From NCBI GenBank assembly GCA_964035545.1, contig OZ037768.1:6480741-6544740 (forward strand): a stretch of DNA of 64,000 nt, read 5' to 3'. The stretch is from Bugula neritina (lineage: Eukaryota; Animalia; Bryozoa). The translations under genes and the position numbers were made by a program. The notes beneath the pieces are model-generated. The model saw only the letters and a program-made list of their open reading frames with translations, ran no database searches and was not told the origin of the DNA. This document shows, one piece after another, positions 40,001 through 55,000 of this stretch (positions within the stretch are counted from its first letter, which is position 1; every line of letters begins with the position of its first letter).

Positions 40001-43000
40001 AATTATACTTCATTTGTTGGAGTTGTTTCCTCTCCTAATTGGTACTTGAAATTTTGTCTTTTGTGAAATAATGTAGAAATTATGCTATGTAAATAATAAC
40101 TATGCAATATATAAATAGACTGTTTATAGAATGTTAAGTTTTAATGTCTGATTTTCATAATTTTATCATGTTAGACTTGGTGAGATGTAATGAAATTAAT
40201 CTGGAAAAACAAAAGCACTTGTCAACTTCTTCAAATTCTGTGTAACGTAAATATTGCAATATATATGTATAAATAATTTGTTTATTCTAACGTTAATTAT
40301 ATGCTCACATATTAGATGAAGAAAACAATTCAGGTTTGCTTGATGTCATCTTACATCCCTCTAATTTTCTTTTCTCAACTTCACTCACATGTGTCTCCTT
40401 TGATATTAACATTCATCAAGTTAATAACTATATTGCCTTTACCAGGTGAAGGTAACTGTTAATCTGTTTCTGTTTAACTGGAGTTGATATCTTAACACAA
40501 GTCAACAGTTGTTTTTATTCCTCTTGAGTTTTCTGTTTTTAATTCTATCCTATTCTTCTTATGTGTCAGTTTCATATTGGGGTCAATATTGCTTCATATT
40601 TGTCACTGAAGATTTTATCAGCAAGTAATTTTATTTGTAGGCATTAAAACTATTTATATTTTAAATGTGTAATTGCTGCTGTCATTTTATTAAACAATTT
40701 TTAAGTTGCATAAAGCTATATAGAAAATTTCCTTGATTTCATTTTGTAACTTTTGAATTAGGTCGAAGATGGCTTCATGTCTCCAAGACTGAAAATTTAA
40801 TCTTTGATGAACAAGTAATTGTAGATGTTGAATGCAGTCCTACTTGTAGTACATTACAGGAAAACTGTGAAATTATAAGTTTCACAAAGCTCTTAAAAGC
40901 TCCAAGTAGAGTTTCTTAAGATGACAATTCTAGTTATCACAGCAAATCTGTGTATTTTTATATTTATTTCTATGCCTAAAACTTTTTGTTATAGGAAAGC
41001 ATGAGCCATAGCCTCTAGTGACTTAGTAGGCTTAAAGTCTGTCTATATTTTAGTTGGTTTCAAAATAACCGTATTCATATGCTCTTACATAATTATGTCA
41101 TAATGAAATGTATAAGATTTTGTTGTAATAATAAAATTAATAAATCTCAGCTTTATATCAAAATCTTAAGGCATATTTTGAAATGTATATTGTAACGTAG
41201 TATTATTAGTTCATTATATCTCTTTTGTAGCAAGAAAAGTAGAAACTCCGTACATAGATTATGTAGAGCCAATGGGTGGAACAGTTGAGCTCAATCATGT
41301 GGTGGAGATTGAATGCGCCACTGAAGGGGCGGAGATTTACTTTACTATTGATGGAAATACACCTTACCCCTGGCACAAATCATCCAAGGTACATATAATG
41401 TTGTATCTTACTGTAGCTCTAAAAGTAACGGTTATATAATGCATTATTATGATTATTTTGCACATTCACGTTGATTGCTAGACAGGAAAGTGTAAATACT
41501 AGAGGAGTACTTAATTTATTATGATTAAAAACTGGGTTTCTGAAAATTCATTTTTAATTTTAAAAACAAAAGTTTCAAGTCAAGTTATAATTTACGTCCC
41601 ACTTGTATTCTTTACTCAACAGCATTTTTCAATCATCAAGTTTTTCACTAAAGTTTTGGCTATGGGCAACACTGGGCTTTCTCTTATTTACAGTTGTATG
41701 ACCCTAAAGAAGGTGTGATTCTGAAGTATCCAGGATTCTGCTTTGTAAGAGCCTGTGCTCTATATGATGGGATGTTGGATAGTGACCTGTTCACTTCTCG
41801 CAGGTTCTCTGTCAATGAAACGGCTGATACAACAACTACAGAAGAATCTGAGGCTGAAACAGATGCGCCTATTGACATAGTATGCACTAAAAGACTGTAG
41901 ATTCCTTGTTAATATGCTGTACAGCAGCTTATAGTAATATTTTTGTAACAATCATTTTACTCACTAATACATATCCGGCAACAAATAACATTTAAGGTTA
42001 TTTAATCTAGAGTCAAGTTTGATTCTTTAGACTTATCTTCTCTTTAATGGACATATCCATTATGTATTTAGGAAATGAACCAATTATGGCAAGCCTGTAT
42101 TCCAAGAATCAGAGCTGGAAGTATTGATGGTGATGATGGAGAGATGTTCCTTAGTTGGGATGAGTTGAGTGAACGATGCGGGCGGCTAGTTAAAGGCTAT
42201 CGGGTATTTATTTTGTACTATCATAGTTCATAGTCTATTTCAATTTTACCCATAGTAATTACAGCTAAGTAAATAAAAAAAATTATGTGCTGAAAACAAT
42301 AAACTTTTTATAATATTGCCAGGTTTACACGCTAATGAGTCTTTATTAGTTCCAATAGACTGTCAGTGATCAAAGTCTGGAGAAAATGGTGGGGTATCCT
42401 AACTAAGTAACACTAATCTTAAGCTCTAAATGCTGTGAAGCTGCAGGTTTCTCAGGCTATTGAAATAGGATGTTATGGAAGGGCAGTAGTGTGCCCTCGT
42501 GTAACATTTTTTGAGCATTTACAGATGCGATATACACTGAAGAAAAGATTTTCATCATAAGAACTATTGAATTAAACTCACTCTAAATTTTGTGTGCTGT
42601 AGGTACAAACAATGAATTGGGCTATTGTTGAGGATTTTACAAGGAAAATGTTTTATTATATCGATACTCATTATACGAGTATTTATTGAAAATAACTTGC
42701 CATGTTTACATCAGATTTCTAAAAATAAACCATTAGCATCATATATAGTAGATCCGACAAATCTAAACAGAAAAGCCACATAACCTGCTCACCGACAAAA
42801 CTATTTAACTAAATCATGACAATGGTATAATGACTTGTGTGATTCGGCTTTTGACATTTCATGGAACATGTATCACAAACTCTATGGTGAACTATGCAAG
42901 AAAAGAGATTTGTTATCACTGTGGCGTATCACTGTGTCCGCCTTCACTTTGATCGCTGAATTGTGTGCATCGTGGGCTAAACTTTTATTAAATAAAAAGT

Positions 43001-46000
43001 ATCGAATACCATTATATTTGGTAAGAAAGCATGTGATAAATGTTTGGTTATATTTTAGCTGTTCATTAACGGAGTGGTTTATTGTAACTCCTTCCCACCC
43101 TACTACACAACTGTTGCCATATCTGGTCTGGCTGGTGGACACACTTATGAAGTTGTCCTTGAATGTCTGCCACAAAACCCAGAACTCATTCCTCATCGCT
43201 CTAATAGAATTAACATCAGAGTTAATGAACGGGTAAACTTATGTTGCTTGTTCAGAATATAGAGTTTGCTAATCATATTTTTGGCAATCACTTCGGGTGC
43301 AAATTTTCTTGCTGAAAATTTATAGTAGTTGCAAAATAGCTTAAAATCTTTAGGCTATAAGTTGCAGCGTTGGCAATCATCTATATCTTATGATTTATTT
43401 AGAAAATTTCTATGAAAAGAAAACATTTGGTTTTAATCACATTTAAGCTCAGATTAGTTTCAAAATTAAATGTCTATTTAAAATGTAAAAAGAAGATAAT
43501 ATTTTGTAGTTATAATCAGTTTTAGTATCTCAATCATTTAATTGAAATATTACTTGATAGCAATATTGCGATGTTGAATGTACTTGAAAATTCTGACTCA
43601 GAAAAATAACTCATAAGTAATAATGTTTTTTGTAATAAGTTATAGTTTATATTAAGGTGACTATAACTTTTAGTCCAGTTAGTATATCAATACAATACCT
43701 TATACTTTGAAAGTTATACCAATTCTAGCAATAACAACAATACACTGGCTGATATGTTTAATAAACAGGTTGAAAGTGGAGGTCCATTGATTTCTCTGGA
43801 GAGACCAGAGAGCCCTGAAAAGCTAGTAATTGTTTGGCGAAGCATTGCTACATCTTCTCTCCCATTGCAAGGGTATCTGGTGTATCTCAACAACGTGCAA
43901 TGTGGTACAATGGTAAGCTAGTAATATTTTTTCAAGCAGTGTGTTGTTTAGCTGAAATCATTGTCTATTTTTGTTGATACAATTACATTCATGTCTAGTG
44001 TGTGTACATGCTGAAATGTGTTTTATAAGTTGTGCCAAAAACTGAAGAGCTGTGCACTCATTTCTGTGCCTAATATAGTAACACTTTTGAATATATATGT
44101 TTTTTATGCGAATTCAGAAATGGGCTGTTCTTGGGTGCGAATAGCTCCTAAATTGTTACAATATGATTACAACAGCATATATTCTCCTTCACAACAGATA
44201 GTACCAGGAAGGAATGAGAGACGATGTCGTGCTGCCATAACTACACAGCCTGGAATGGCTTACACCGTGTCGGTAGCAGCAGTTCCCGCCTACCAAGGTC
44301 AGCATCTTCTGTCTAATGAGCTGTCAGTTGCTCTGCCGCTGGACTGCTCAGAAGTTGTCCTCCCTCCTCCTCATCTCAGATCTGCAAACACTGACATCTA
44401 CAGAGAGTATTTAGAAATCCGGGACGGCTCCACAGACCTCTCCACGGCTAGTAAGTGTGGCATAAACACACTGTACACAGAGGCTAATATGTCAGTTGGA
44501 TAAGCTTTATAATTTACAGCATTAGTTAGTTCCTAGTTTTACAGGATGTTAGTAGCAGAAAGTCTGTTAACTGTAAAAATATATTTCCTCCAACTCCTCT
44601 GTTTCAATTAAGTATAATATAAGTAAAGTTTTTGGTGAAACTTGTTCTTGCAGCCTCGGAATCTTCTGGAGAAGAGACTGAGAGTGAGAGTGCTACAGAA
44701 ACAGGTACTGAGGCTGATGTTGAAGACAGCGTTACTCCGAGACGTCAAGGTATAAAGGCACTTAAACATGAGCTTGCTTTATCTCTTTCCAAATCATCTC
44801 GTAGGTTTGTTGGTAAGCCTTCTCACCCATCTAAATCTAAGACATCTTCTAAGCAGCCTCATGCTAATCAAGCTGCACATCATGATCCTTCACTACCAGT
44901 TCCTGAAACCCTTCAACCCATCATCTTCCATGCTGACTTTGGAGTTTCTAATGATGCCAATGCACGGAGTAATCTGCAAATGGTAATTCAGCCAGGCATT
45001 GATATATCTGGTAACCAAGACTTGCAGGAGAGTACGCCTCAAGTCTCTTCATTTGCCAGCAGTGCTGGAGTAAGTAGAAGGGATCCTACTGCTGCTGGAG
45101 CCAGTAGCAGTAAGTTTAGTGTATCGCATACCAGATCTAGAATTCAGCAAACACATAGTAAGCGATCAACTAAGTTGCAAGTGGCTACAAGTGGAACCAG
45201 CACGGACAAGGGAATCATTGTTCACAAAGAGCCCATGACTAGCACTAGTGTAGGCGCAGGTCCCAGTAAAGAGCCAGGTCTAACTGTTAACTATGAAGCT
45301 AACAGCACGACATCTGGTGAAATGAGTGCCAGTGACGAAGAGATGGAATCTCAACATTCATTAAATAATCCTGTCCCTGCTAAAGTTCTGGCTGCTCCAC
45401 TCTCCCGCAGTAATTCACGCAATGGCAGTCGGTCAAGTTCTCGCCCAGCCTCTCCTTCCGCAACTAACTCAGCGTTGGTGGTGAGTTATAGTCAACCAGC
45501 TTTGGTTAAAAATGTTATGCCACCTCGCCGTTCTACTCAATCAGTTCGAAAAATAGTCAGCAATCCTCAAAAGATTACCTCTGCATCAGATGTAGTAGCT
45601 TCTGCTGCCCCACCCACAAAAATATCTGTTCCACCGGCTGTGGGTAAACCAGCTACGGTGAAGCAACCCTATTCTAACTCACCTTCACCAAAGCAAGTGC
45701 TTCAGAGAACACAAGAGTTGCCTTCTCCTCCGAGTTTCAGAAATGTCAAACATAGCGAACCAGTGCCAGGAACCAGCCATAAACCTCAACAGATGCAGCA
45801 TTCAGTAACTCTGCATCACCAGCAGCCACTCCAAGCCCCAAATCCTGCTGTGGTTAGTTTAAGTTCTCAGAATAGTGTTCAAGATATCAACTACCACATT
45901 TCCATTGATAACTCTCAATCTAACACGGGCTCGGGAGTAAGCCAGCCTCAAACAATTCAGAGGTTGCCTAGTGGAACTCTGCACATTGTACAAGAAGAGC

Positions 46001-49000
46001 TTACAGACCAAGCAACTGATGGTGAAACTGATCTGCAGTATGATGGAGAGCCTGTTCAACATGGCCATGAAGCTCGTACTGTTTTCACACCACACTCTCC
46101 TATTGTTACAGCTAAGATAGGTAAGGGATCATTGTTATTGTTTCTGTACAATATGCTTGTGTAAGCTGAAAAAAATGGGTCTGTGAAATGCCATACACAC
46201 CCTTGTTATAAACTCACTGCATAGCATACTGTTTGTTATTTAAAATAGGATAATATATATATCTCTATACTAATGCTATTCACTCATCGTGTAGATGCTT
46301 CTGGGTTTGTACAACCTCCTCAGAAACAGGAAGTTGAGCGTAAGTGAAATAATTGTGCAAAGTAACAAAATATGGTGGGAATTATGAGTTTCTAATATTA
46401 TTGTAAGCTGATTGGAACTGCAAGTTATGAGCATTTCTTAGACGAAGGTACTTGAATTTTTATCCTGCGCAATAAAACAATATATGCAAAGAGAAGCTCA
46501 TAAATTGTTAATCAATCACATTGATGCTCCTTTGCACTGCTTTATATGCATGATTTTCACACGCTTAGTCTTCGAATGTTGTGCTCACTATGTTGTGCTT
46601 GGCTAAATTCATAATTTCAAAATGTGTTTGATATTGGCTTTCAGGCTTGTGGCGTGAAGTGTTGCTTACAGATTAACTCCAGGGTCTCTGCTGGACTGCT
46701 GGAACCAGCTGGACTAGCAAATGCATCAGACACCACACAAAGCTTACACTACCAACGTGCCTCTGTAGCTTTTCCCTGCACAGTGGCATGCTGCAACCTT
46801 ACACTGCTTGCTCTCACTTGCACTCGCTCTTCTCAGTGTATGCTGACCTTCTTGCTGCCTCACCACTATCATCATCTCTGCTGCCTGCATCCTTTTGTAT
46901 ATTGGCACATGTGTGTATTTGCTGCTGCTCTGTTCTCACTATACACGCTTACATATTTGCTCTGTATTTGAGTTGTATATTTGATTGAAGTGACATTACA
47001 TAATGCTATTGCTATGAAAGAATGTGGCACACTTTAAAGAATTTACCTGTTTATATGAATATTTAAAGTTCCCTAGAACCTGTGTGTGGATTGTTGCAAT
47101 AGTGCTAATGCTTTTTGTTACATGATTTTTGTAGAAGTAAAGAACCCAGCTTATCGCCCTATACCAGTGAGTTGTATTTGCTATCAGATATTCCTCTAAA
47201 AAATGAAATGATTAGCAGATTTCTTAATGTGCAGTATGTGTAAACTTAGATTATATTTATATAGTGATATACATAATTGTATTGCATAAATACCAAATAC
47301 ACCTGCAATGTGTTTTATAGGGTGTGACTCATGTCAATGTTGTGCCCGATACACCTGATGGTTTGGGCAGTATGCAGCCCCCACCTAAAGACACTGTCCT
47401 AAGGGTTTCTAATCCTGAGACTAAACTAGCCCCACAGCTGCCCCAAGTTACTGCAGAAGTTGAGGTAATCAAAATTAGTTTGTCATATGAATTTTTTATG
47501 TTGTTGTAAACCTTTAAAAGTTTTTTCTTTTTTAGAACAATTTTTAGTTTGTAATTTTATGGCAGGAGATGGGGTTGAAGAGATTTTGCATTCAAAAATC
47601 ATTTTACTCAGTCTTTAATTAAATATGTGAATAATTAAATTGAGTATCAAATGCCTCTAGTCTGCTCCATCACTACTCACAGGGGGGAGGGGTTGGGGTA
47701 GGGGTAGGGGGAGGGGTAGGGGTAACATAACCAGTTGAATAGAGTGTTCCGCACACTTAAGCCTGTAACCATCCCTGCAGGTGCATGCTAGTGTACACCA
47801 GCTAAACTTGCCCATAAAGGAGCCCAAAGTGAGCAGACCAGTGGTGGTACCTGTTGACACGCCCAGCGCTGACCTTCTAGTTGATGAGACCCATGCCGCT
47901 GCCGAGGACCATCCAGTCAGCCCCAAATCACCATTTGTCGCGGTAGGTCTATGAAATGGACAGCCTTGATATTATTATTTATATAAAATATTAAATTAGT
48001 CGTCTTGAAAATTATTCTAAATTAGTAAAAAGCTGTATTTTTTTATACTTTTCAAAGTTATTCCAAGCTACACAAGCTATACTTACAAAGTTGATGTTAT
48101 AAATTTTTTGCTGTTGAAGTTTAAAATATTTTTATGCGTTTTATTAATTTATGTAGCGTCTGTTGAATATATTTTTTTGAAGTTATTAATTATGTCCTAT
48201 TTACTCTTATTCAGCTTCATTCAATCCATACATTTTCAGCCTCCAAGTGACTACCAGCTGCCCATACCTGTTGTGCACATTGAGCACATACAAGGAGGTG
48301 GTGAAATTGTCAACTGGGAGTTGTCTGATCGCCCAGACATGGCCTACAGATTAACTTCCTTTGCAGTGAATGTCATCGGGGAAGTTTTCACTGTAGAAGT
48401 TGATAGTGATATTAGGTGAGCATTAGGCTTTCATTTTACTAAAATTTTAAGAAAAATAAATGTCATGTCACTTTGGGGAGATAACTCTCAACATTGCTTC
48501 ACGGTTAGAAATAACTGAAATTTTTCAAATAGGAATGTTTCTTTAGTTGTTCCATAATTGAGATCTGATATCATTTCGTCTTCTTAAATTTCTAGTTTTG
48601 AATGCATTGTAAATATGGATGGCGAAAAGGTGAATTTGGTGCAGCATGTTTGGAATGTGACCAAAGATCACAAGTGCCTGCTGCAAGGGCTAGCTAATGG
48701 CACGACTTACAGGTTAGACAGATATTATCTAATTAGTTTGGTTTCATCATATATAAATAGTTATAATTTATTCAGCACTGGTTGACCAGTATTCAAAAAG
48801 CTTCACTTTTATTCTGCTCATACTTATGACTAACAAAAGGCAGTTATTGGAGTTGTTTTACTTTTGTTGTTTGTAGAATCTATGTTGCTGCTAATTGGAC
48901 GTTTTTGGCTGGTAATTATCCTCGAGATACACAATCTCGGTCCAAGGAATTTGACTATACTACGGTTGGGGCGCCACAACCACCCTTACTGAAAGCAATT

Positions 49001-52000
49001 CGCACCGAACTGCTCAACCAAGTCACCATTCAGTGGAGTGCTGCTAAAGCTAATACTATACCTGTAGCAGGTTATAAGGTGCTACTCAACGGCTCCTCAG
49101 ACTTCACTATGAATGGCCAGCCGGCCTCAGTAGCTCTACCTGCCGACTGCATGCAGACTACTATAGACAATCTGGTACCAGGAAGAACTGTGAAGGTATG
49201 TCTGGTGGTAACGTGCTCAATGATTCATAGCATGTAGGGTATGTTTGTGTGTTTTCATGTTTTGCTATACTTGTTCTTGAAAAAAACCAATTTATTTTCC
49301 AAAATGTAGAATTTGCTTGTTCAATACTTGGTCGTGATTCAAGTGTTACTTATAAAAATTTAGAACTATCGTATTGCCTCAGAAACAAATTTGGAGGGTA
49401 TTAAACTATGAAGTCAAGCAAGCTGAAAAGTTATTCTATAAAATAATATTTCTAATAAACGAATGTTTTAAATATGTAGATTCAAGTTATTGCCACTACC
49501 AACCACCCGGTTGGCGACAGCAGACCTTCCAACACTCTCTCTGTCACATGTCCTGTCAGACCAGAATCACCTCTTATTGTCAATCAGCCGAGTTACAAGA
49601 AGGGGGTGGTAGTGATTGCATGGGATGCCCCCAAACAATCTATAGTTGAGTCTGCGGGTCACCCTGCTAACATAACCTACTACAGCATCTATGTAGACGG
49701 GGTGTGGCATGGAGAGATCAAGGCAAACCATGCTTCTGATACAAATGGGTAAATATACTTGTAGTGTAGAACTCGGTCTCTATTATCTATTATCATACAT
49801 ACTTGGTGAAAGTCACAAGACACGCTATTTTATAGAATCATTTAAACTTTGTGTTTGTATCATATTCTACTATTATAGTGTGTAAATGTCTTTTTATCAC
49901 TATGTTTGTATCATATTCTACTATTACAATGCTTAGACTTTATTCTGTTTGTAATCTCTTCTATAGCTATCAATACTACCTGAATGACCTGAAGCCTGGT
50001 GTCTCCTATGACATCAGTGTAAAGTCCATATCCGGGCAGAAGGTTCCGGAAGGAAGTAGCATATACTGTCTCTGTGAAAGCCTGTTGTCCAACACTGTGC
50101 CTGTGACATGTGCCGCTCCACCTGCGTCCCCACACATCTACATCGAGGGCATGTCCCCTCAAGGTCAGTAACTTGGGTGTTTATTTAGGTTTTTGTTTGA
50201 ATGTTACACAATATCATCAAAAATCAACATGAATTTAAAAGTTGACATTGTTTTTTCAAAGAAGCATTGATTATGATTTATTAAAATCATTTTTGATCAA
50301 TGCATTACTATTGCAGTTTAACAATTTCTATCCCAGCAGTATGTTACTAAAATATGTTCTTATTTGTTGTTTATTTTTTATAGATTTAATAATTATTATT
50401 AACTGCATAATTATTTTTGGAAGTCACTTAATGGTTATGCATCACTTTCAGGCATCGACATAACGTGGGAGGTCCCTCAGCAATACGGTGACGCTGTGTT
50501 ATCTGGCTATCAGCTGATGAAGAATGACTCAATATATGGCTCCACTATTCCTCCAGAAGTGACCAGCATGAACATCAGAGACATAGCCTTAGGGGACGAA
50601 GTCAAACTGCAGATCATTGCTTTAACAGAGCACCCTGTTGGTGGTGTAGATAGCTCTAAGCAAGGTCATGGCAGATATGCAGAGTGTAAACCTGGACCTA
50701 AACTCTCTCTACAAGTTAGTGCAACTCCCACTGTTCGGGATTAGATAGTATATAGTATAATATTATACTCTAATTTTACACTGTACTGTATAAATATTAT
50801 AATCTAATGTTAGATATAAAAGCTCACTGTTGGTATGTAAGCATCTTATTAGGCTGAGTGCTTAGATGTAAAACATGTCTCAGCAAAGCCAAGTTATACA
50901 TATATTACAGTATAATAATTTTTACAAAAAATTTATCAAAATTATTAGCAAATGACTTATTAACTCAAAGCTTTAAAATGATTTAAATTAGCATATATAT
51001 ATGCAATATAATTAAATATATGCATTTTAATATAATATCACATTACTATATTATATTATATATTATATTGCTATATTATATATGCTGTTAGTATACAGGA
51101 CTAGTGTCACCACCCAGTAAGGTTTGGACTGAAAAGGTGACAGGTCATCAAGTATTACTCGTGTGGAAACACAAGTTCAGCAGACAGAGGAATCATTTCC
51201 AGCCTCCAGACAGCTACCAAGTTACCTGGTGGCCGGGAGAAATAGCTCAAGGTTGGTATATCATTTACTAGCAGTTTAGATGGAAATCATAATTATTTTG
51301 ATGTTGCACAGCGTGGAGGCTGAAACACTTTATTTATAAAAAAAAACAGATAAAAATTTAAGGATTTGCACTTTCTCATATAACTACTCAATATTAAAAG
51401 TGTAATGTAATTGTTATATTAATCGATAATATTTATATCTTCAGTTGTTGTATATATGTGTTAGCTACTCAACAGAAATTCTTATAGCAAAAATATATTT
51501 AATTTATTGATCTCGTTGCATAATGTCTTGTGTATTTACATAATCTTTTTGAACAACACAACATTTTATAGCATACTTACTATTTGAAGTATAAGAACTA
51601 ACACTGCTTCTTCAGCATAATGTGTTGACGTTGCGTGTTTGTAGGATATATCAACAGTTGCTCAACAACTGATGACCACCTGTTGATACAAGATCTGATA
51701 CCCAACACTGCCTACACCATGATAGTGGAGGCGAGGAGAAAACAACACTATGTAGCCCTTGATGGTATGTCTTTATATACCGTATAACAAGATATGGAGA
51801 TGACATGCTGGAGGGGGGGGGGGTGGCTTGTGCATTGTTACTTCACATATGATTCAATTGTTAGGGAGGAACACTTTGCAGCCAGTGAAATAACAACTAA
51901 CTTTGTAATCTTCTTCATTTTGCCCTGCATTAAAACAGTCTAAACTCTAAATCTATTGTTTACCAAGTATGAAAGAAGAGGAATGAAAAAAAAAGTATTA

Positions 52001-55000
52001 TTGTAGACCACACTTGTTGTCACATATGCTTGTTATGTTAATAGAAATGGAAGACCAGTCTAGAGAACAAGTAAACCGTCACTTCATAATCTCCGCCAAA
52101 TCTAAGAAGCTAACTGTTCTTACTGGGCAACCCCCAGAGCCACCCTCAAACCTGGGAGTACTTGCTAGCACCTGCCATAGCCTTCAAATTGGCTGGGATC
52201 CACCCAGAGAAAGAGGAGTTGAAGTTAAACGTAAGTTTAATCTTCTGCTTATCCAATATCTTTTCATTATTTTATAGCAGAAATTTTAGTCTACTGAGTC
52301 ATAACATATTTAAAAAAACACAAATGTTTAAAATATTATAAGTCAGTAATTGGGTAACTATTTAAAAATTTTTTAGGTGATTAACTTAAACTTTTGTGCA
52401 AACTTTGGGTACTTCAATTTTGACTAGTGGATAGAATTCGTAGCATAGGAAATGACAACATAAGATTATGTAAAGCATCTGCTTCCCTGTATTACAGTGG
52501 TGAGAGTAGACTGTGTACCTGTGAGTCAGAAAGTCAAGACCCACATATGTGAAGAGTTACTACCCACTGAGACAGTTATCAACCTGCACAACTTGTGTGA
52601 ACACACCGAATACGACATCACCATCACTGCTGTCACCGAGGAGTATTTTGAATCACTTCCTGTCGGCCATGAGTGGAAGAAGGAACGGCAGATTCCGTAT
52701 AGCAATAAAGTGATACCTGATAGTGAATGGCTGCCTAAATCTGTGATTACAGTTAGTACAATAACACTTTACTTAGTTACCTTCACCATTCTCTTCTAGT
52801 ACTCTTCACTTTACTTAGTTACCTTCACCATTTTTTTCTAGTACTTTTTTTAGTCATTGTTATAGTAGCAACCTTTAAGTAAATAAGAAACTTTATTGAA
52901 TACAGATACTAATTAGTGTAATAATGCTTTAACTCTTAACTTGCAGAGATTTTTCATATCAATATATATTGATTTGAATGACTGAGTGTATGATGATGTC
53001 ATATATAGGTCAGAACATCGGGTACTGATCCCCCCACCGACCTTGCACTACAGAAAGTCAGTGATACGTGTGCAGAGCTGAACTGGAGTCCTGCCATAGT
53101 GTTTGGTAACAACCGTCTGCTAAGTTACGTTGTCAGGTGGACCAGACTTGACCCTAATGCCGACAAGGAGAACGAGCACTACATGGAACATCTCAACCTT
53201 CACAAGAAGGAAACGTCTGCTACACTGAAAAACCTCGTCCCTGGTTAGTCATTCTTCGTCCTTGTAATGCGGGTGAAACAGCAATTCACAGCTTTAGCCA
53301 GTAATAATGTCTACTAGTTTAATGTGTTGTCTGTAGGCTTCCAGTACCGAATAGTGGTGGAAGCTGTGGTGAGTGTGAAGACTGCAATAGAGGCACTCAA
53401 TGGTGACGAAGAGAAAAACAGACGAACTACTCACATACCCAGTGTTCCTTTGTTTGTCAGAGCCAGGGCTCCGGTACAGCCTCCCGTAGTGCTTGTTACA
53501 GGTAAACCACTGGTTACAGTTCTACAAAAAAATTTAAGAAAAACAGATGATGCTTACTAAAGAAAATTTTGCGGTTGCATTCACTAACTGCATGAATTTT
53601 GCTTATCTACTTATCACGTTTCGTAATTGCAGAACTTTTGAAGTTCACATTAAATTAATGCTTAGGATAGTGCCTATGGAGTTGATGCTAACCACTAGTT
53701 TGTTATTTTTTGGTTACATCTTAAAGGAAATATTTTGTCAACAGTAAATTACTTGTAAAAATGATATGTTGTGTCACACCTTACTTTATGATATAAAATG
53801 CCCCACAGCAATTAATTGAAGCTATACTGTAATTCTATATCAATGTTTGCATTTCATCAACAAAATTTCCATTATTCTGTTTCATTGTAGTTATTACCTT
53901 TAAAACCTAAGATGTAAAAAAATTATACTTATTTTAGCTTATTTTTAATGTAATGTAATGAAAATGTTTTATTTTCTTTAGGTTATACTCCTTACACTGC
54001 GAACCTGTTCTGGGATAAACCAACTCTCTGCTCGGTAGTGGCTCGAGATGCAGAAGGCTCGCCAGTTTATGTGAAGCGGTATTTGGAAGGCTACAGACTG
54101 TACATCAATGCAAAGTTACACATGCAACTGGATAACTCTGCCCAAAGTGTAACCCTTACCAAGTGTAAGCCCGGGAAATCCTATGACGTCAGCTTGGTGG
54201 CCTTGACCTCAACTGAAGCTGCTCGTCGGGAAAAGAAACGAGTGAGTCATCGTACCGAGTCACGATAAGATTATGAATCACTGCGTTTCCAAGCTTACCA
54301 TTATGCAAATGGATTTTTTGCTCGTTGTTGGGGAACAGTTGCATCGAATGAAGCCACAAGCATAAGTTCGTGCAAACCACAACCACAAATTCATCCGTAC
54401 AAGCATCCATTTGCATAACACGAAGCAATGAGAACGCAGTGAATAAAACTATCATTTAAACTTGTATTTCGTGTCTTCAGTATACTAATGTACAAGTACT
54501 ACTGTTAGTATTTAGTTTAGTAATGTTTCATATATGTTATATTCACAGGGACTCAGAGCTGAAGATGACAGTGATGAGTCATTGTCTATGCCAGTAAATG
54601 TGAGTCTGCCTTCAATACAACCCGGTGGTTTGGATAACATAGATGTGAGGTTCGTGGAAGATGTGAACAAAGAGATTGGTAACATCCACGTCAAATGGAA
54701 TACACAGTCACACAATCCTGACATTAAACAATGGAACGTGATATGGTATGAGAGGGATCAGGGAATGCTGCATAAGACAGGCCTGGACCCAGCAACTACC
54801 AGCTGCGTTATTCCTGTGGATAAACGGAAGTGAGTCACGTTTTAGTTTAGTATAAATTAAATAAAGTGTTGTTTACATACTGTTAATTTATAATAGTATA
54901 CCTTCGTTATATAATATTGATATACATTCTTATGAGCCATCATAGTAACCCATATGCACTTAAAACTAGAAGACAAAATTTAAAGCCTGAAATTTAAATT

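Noticed and set aside
42655-43010. Possible MITE (short tatcgatact / agtatcgaata inverted ends, CpG-richer interior)
   Set aside because: The inverted match is too short and there is no clear TSD; it cannot be supported without copy-number data.
44632-46164. 510-aa ORF as an independent mucin-like gene
   Set aside because: It is bounded by in-phase splice sites (~44654 and ~46120) and is the large low-complexity exon of the giant gene.
46624-46988. 115-aa and 66-aa ORFs as proteins
   Set aside because: Non-ATG or weak starts, Cys/Leu-rich composition typical of non-coding frames, and no motif.
52765-52848. Small local tandem duplications (also ~15257-15322 and ~49852-49926)
   Set aside because: Ordinary two-copy slippage duplications in introns.
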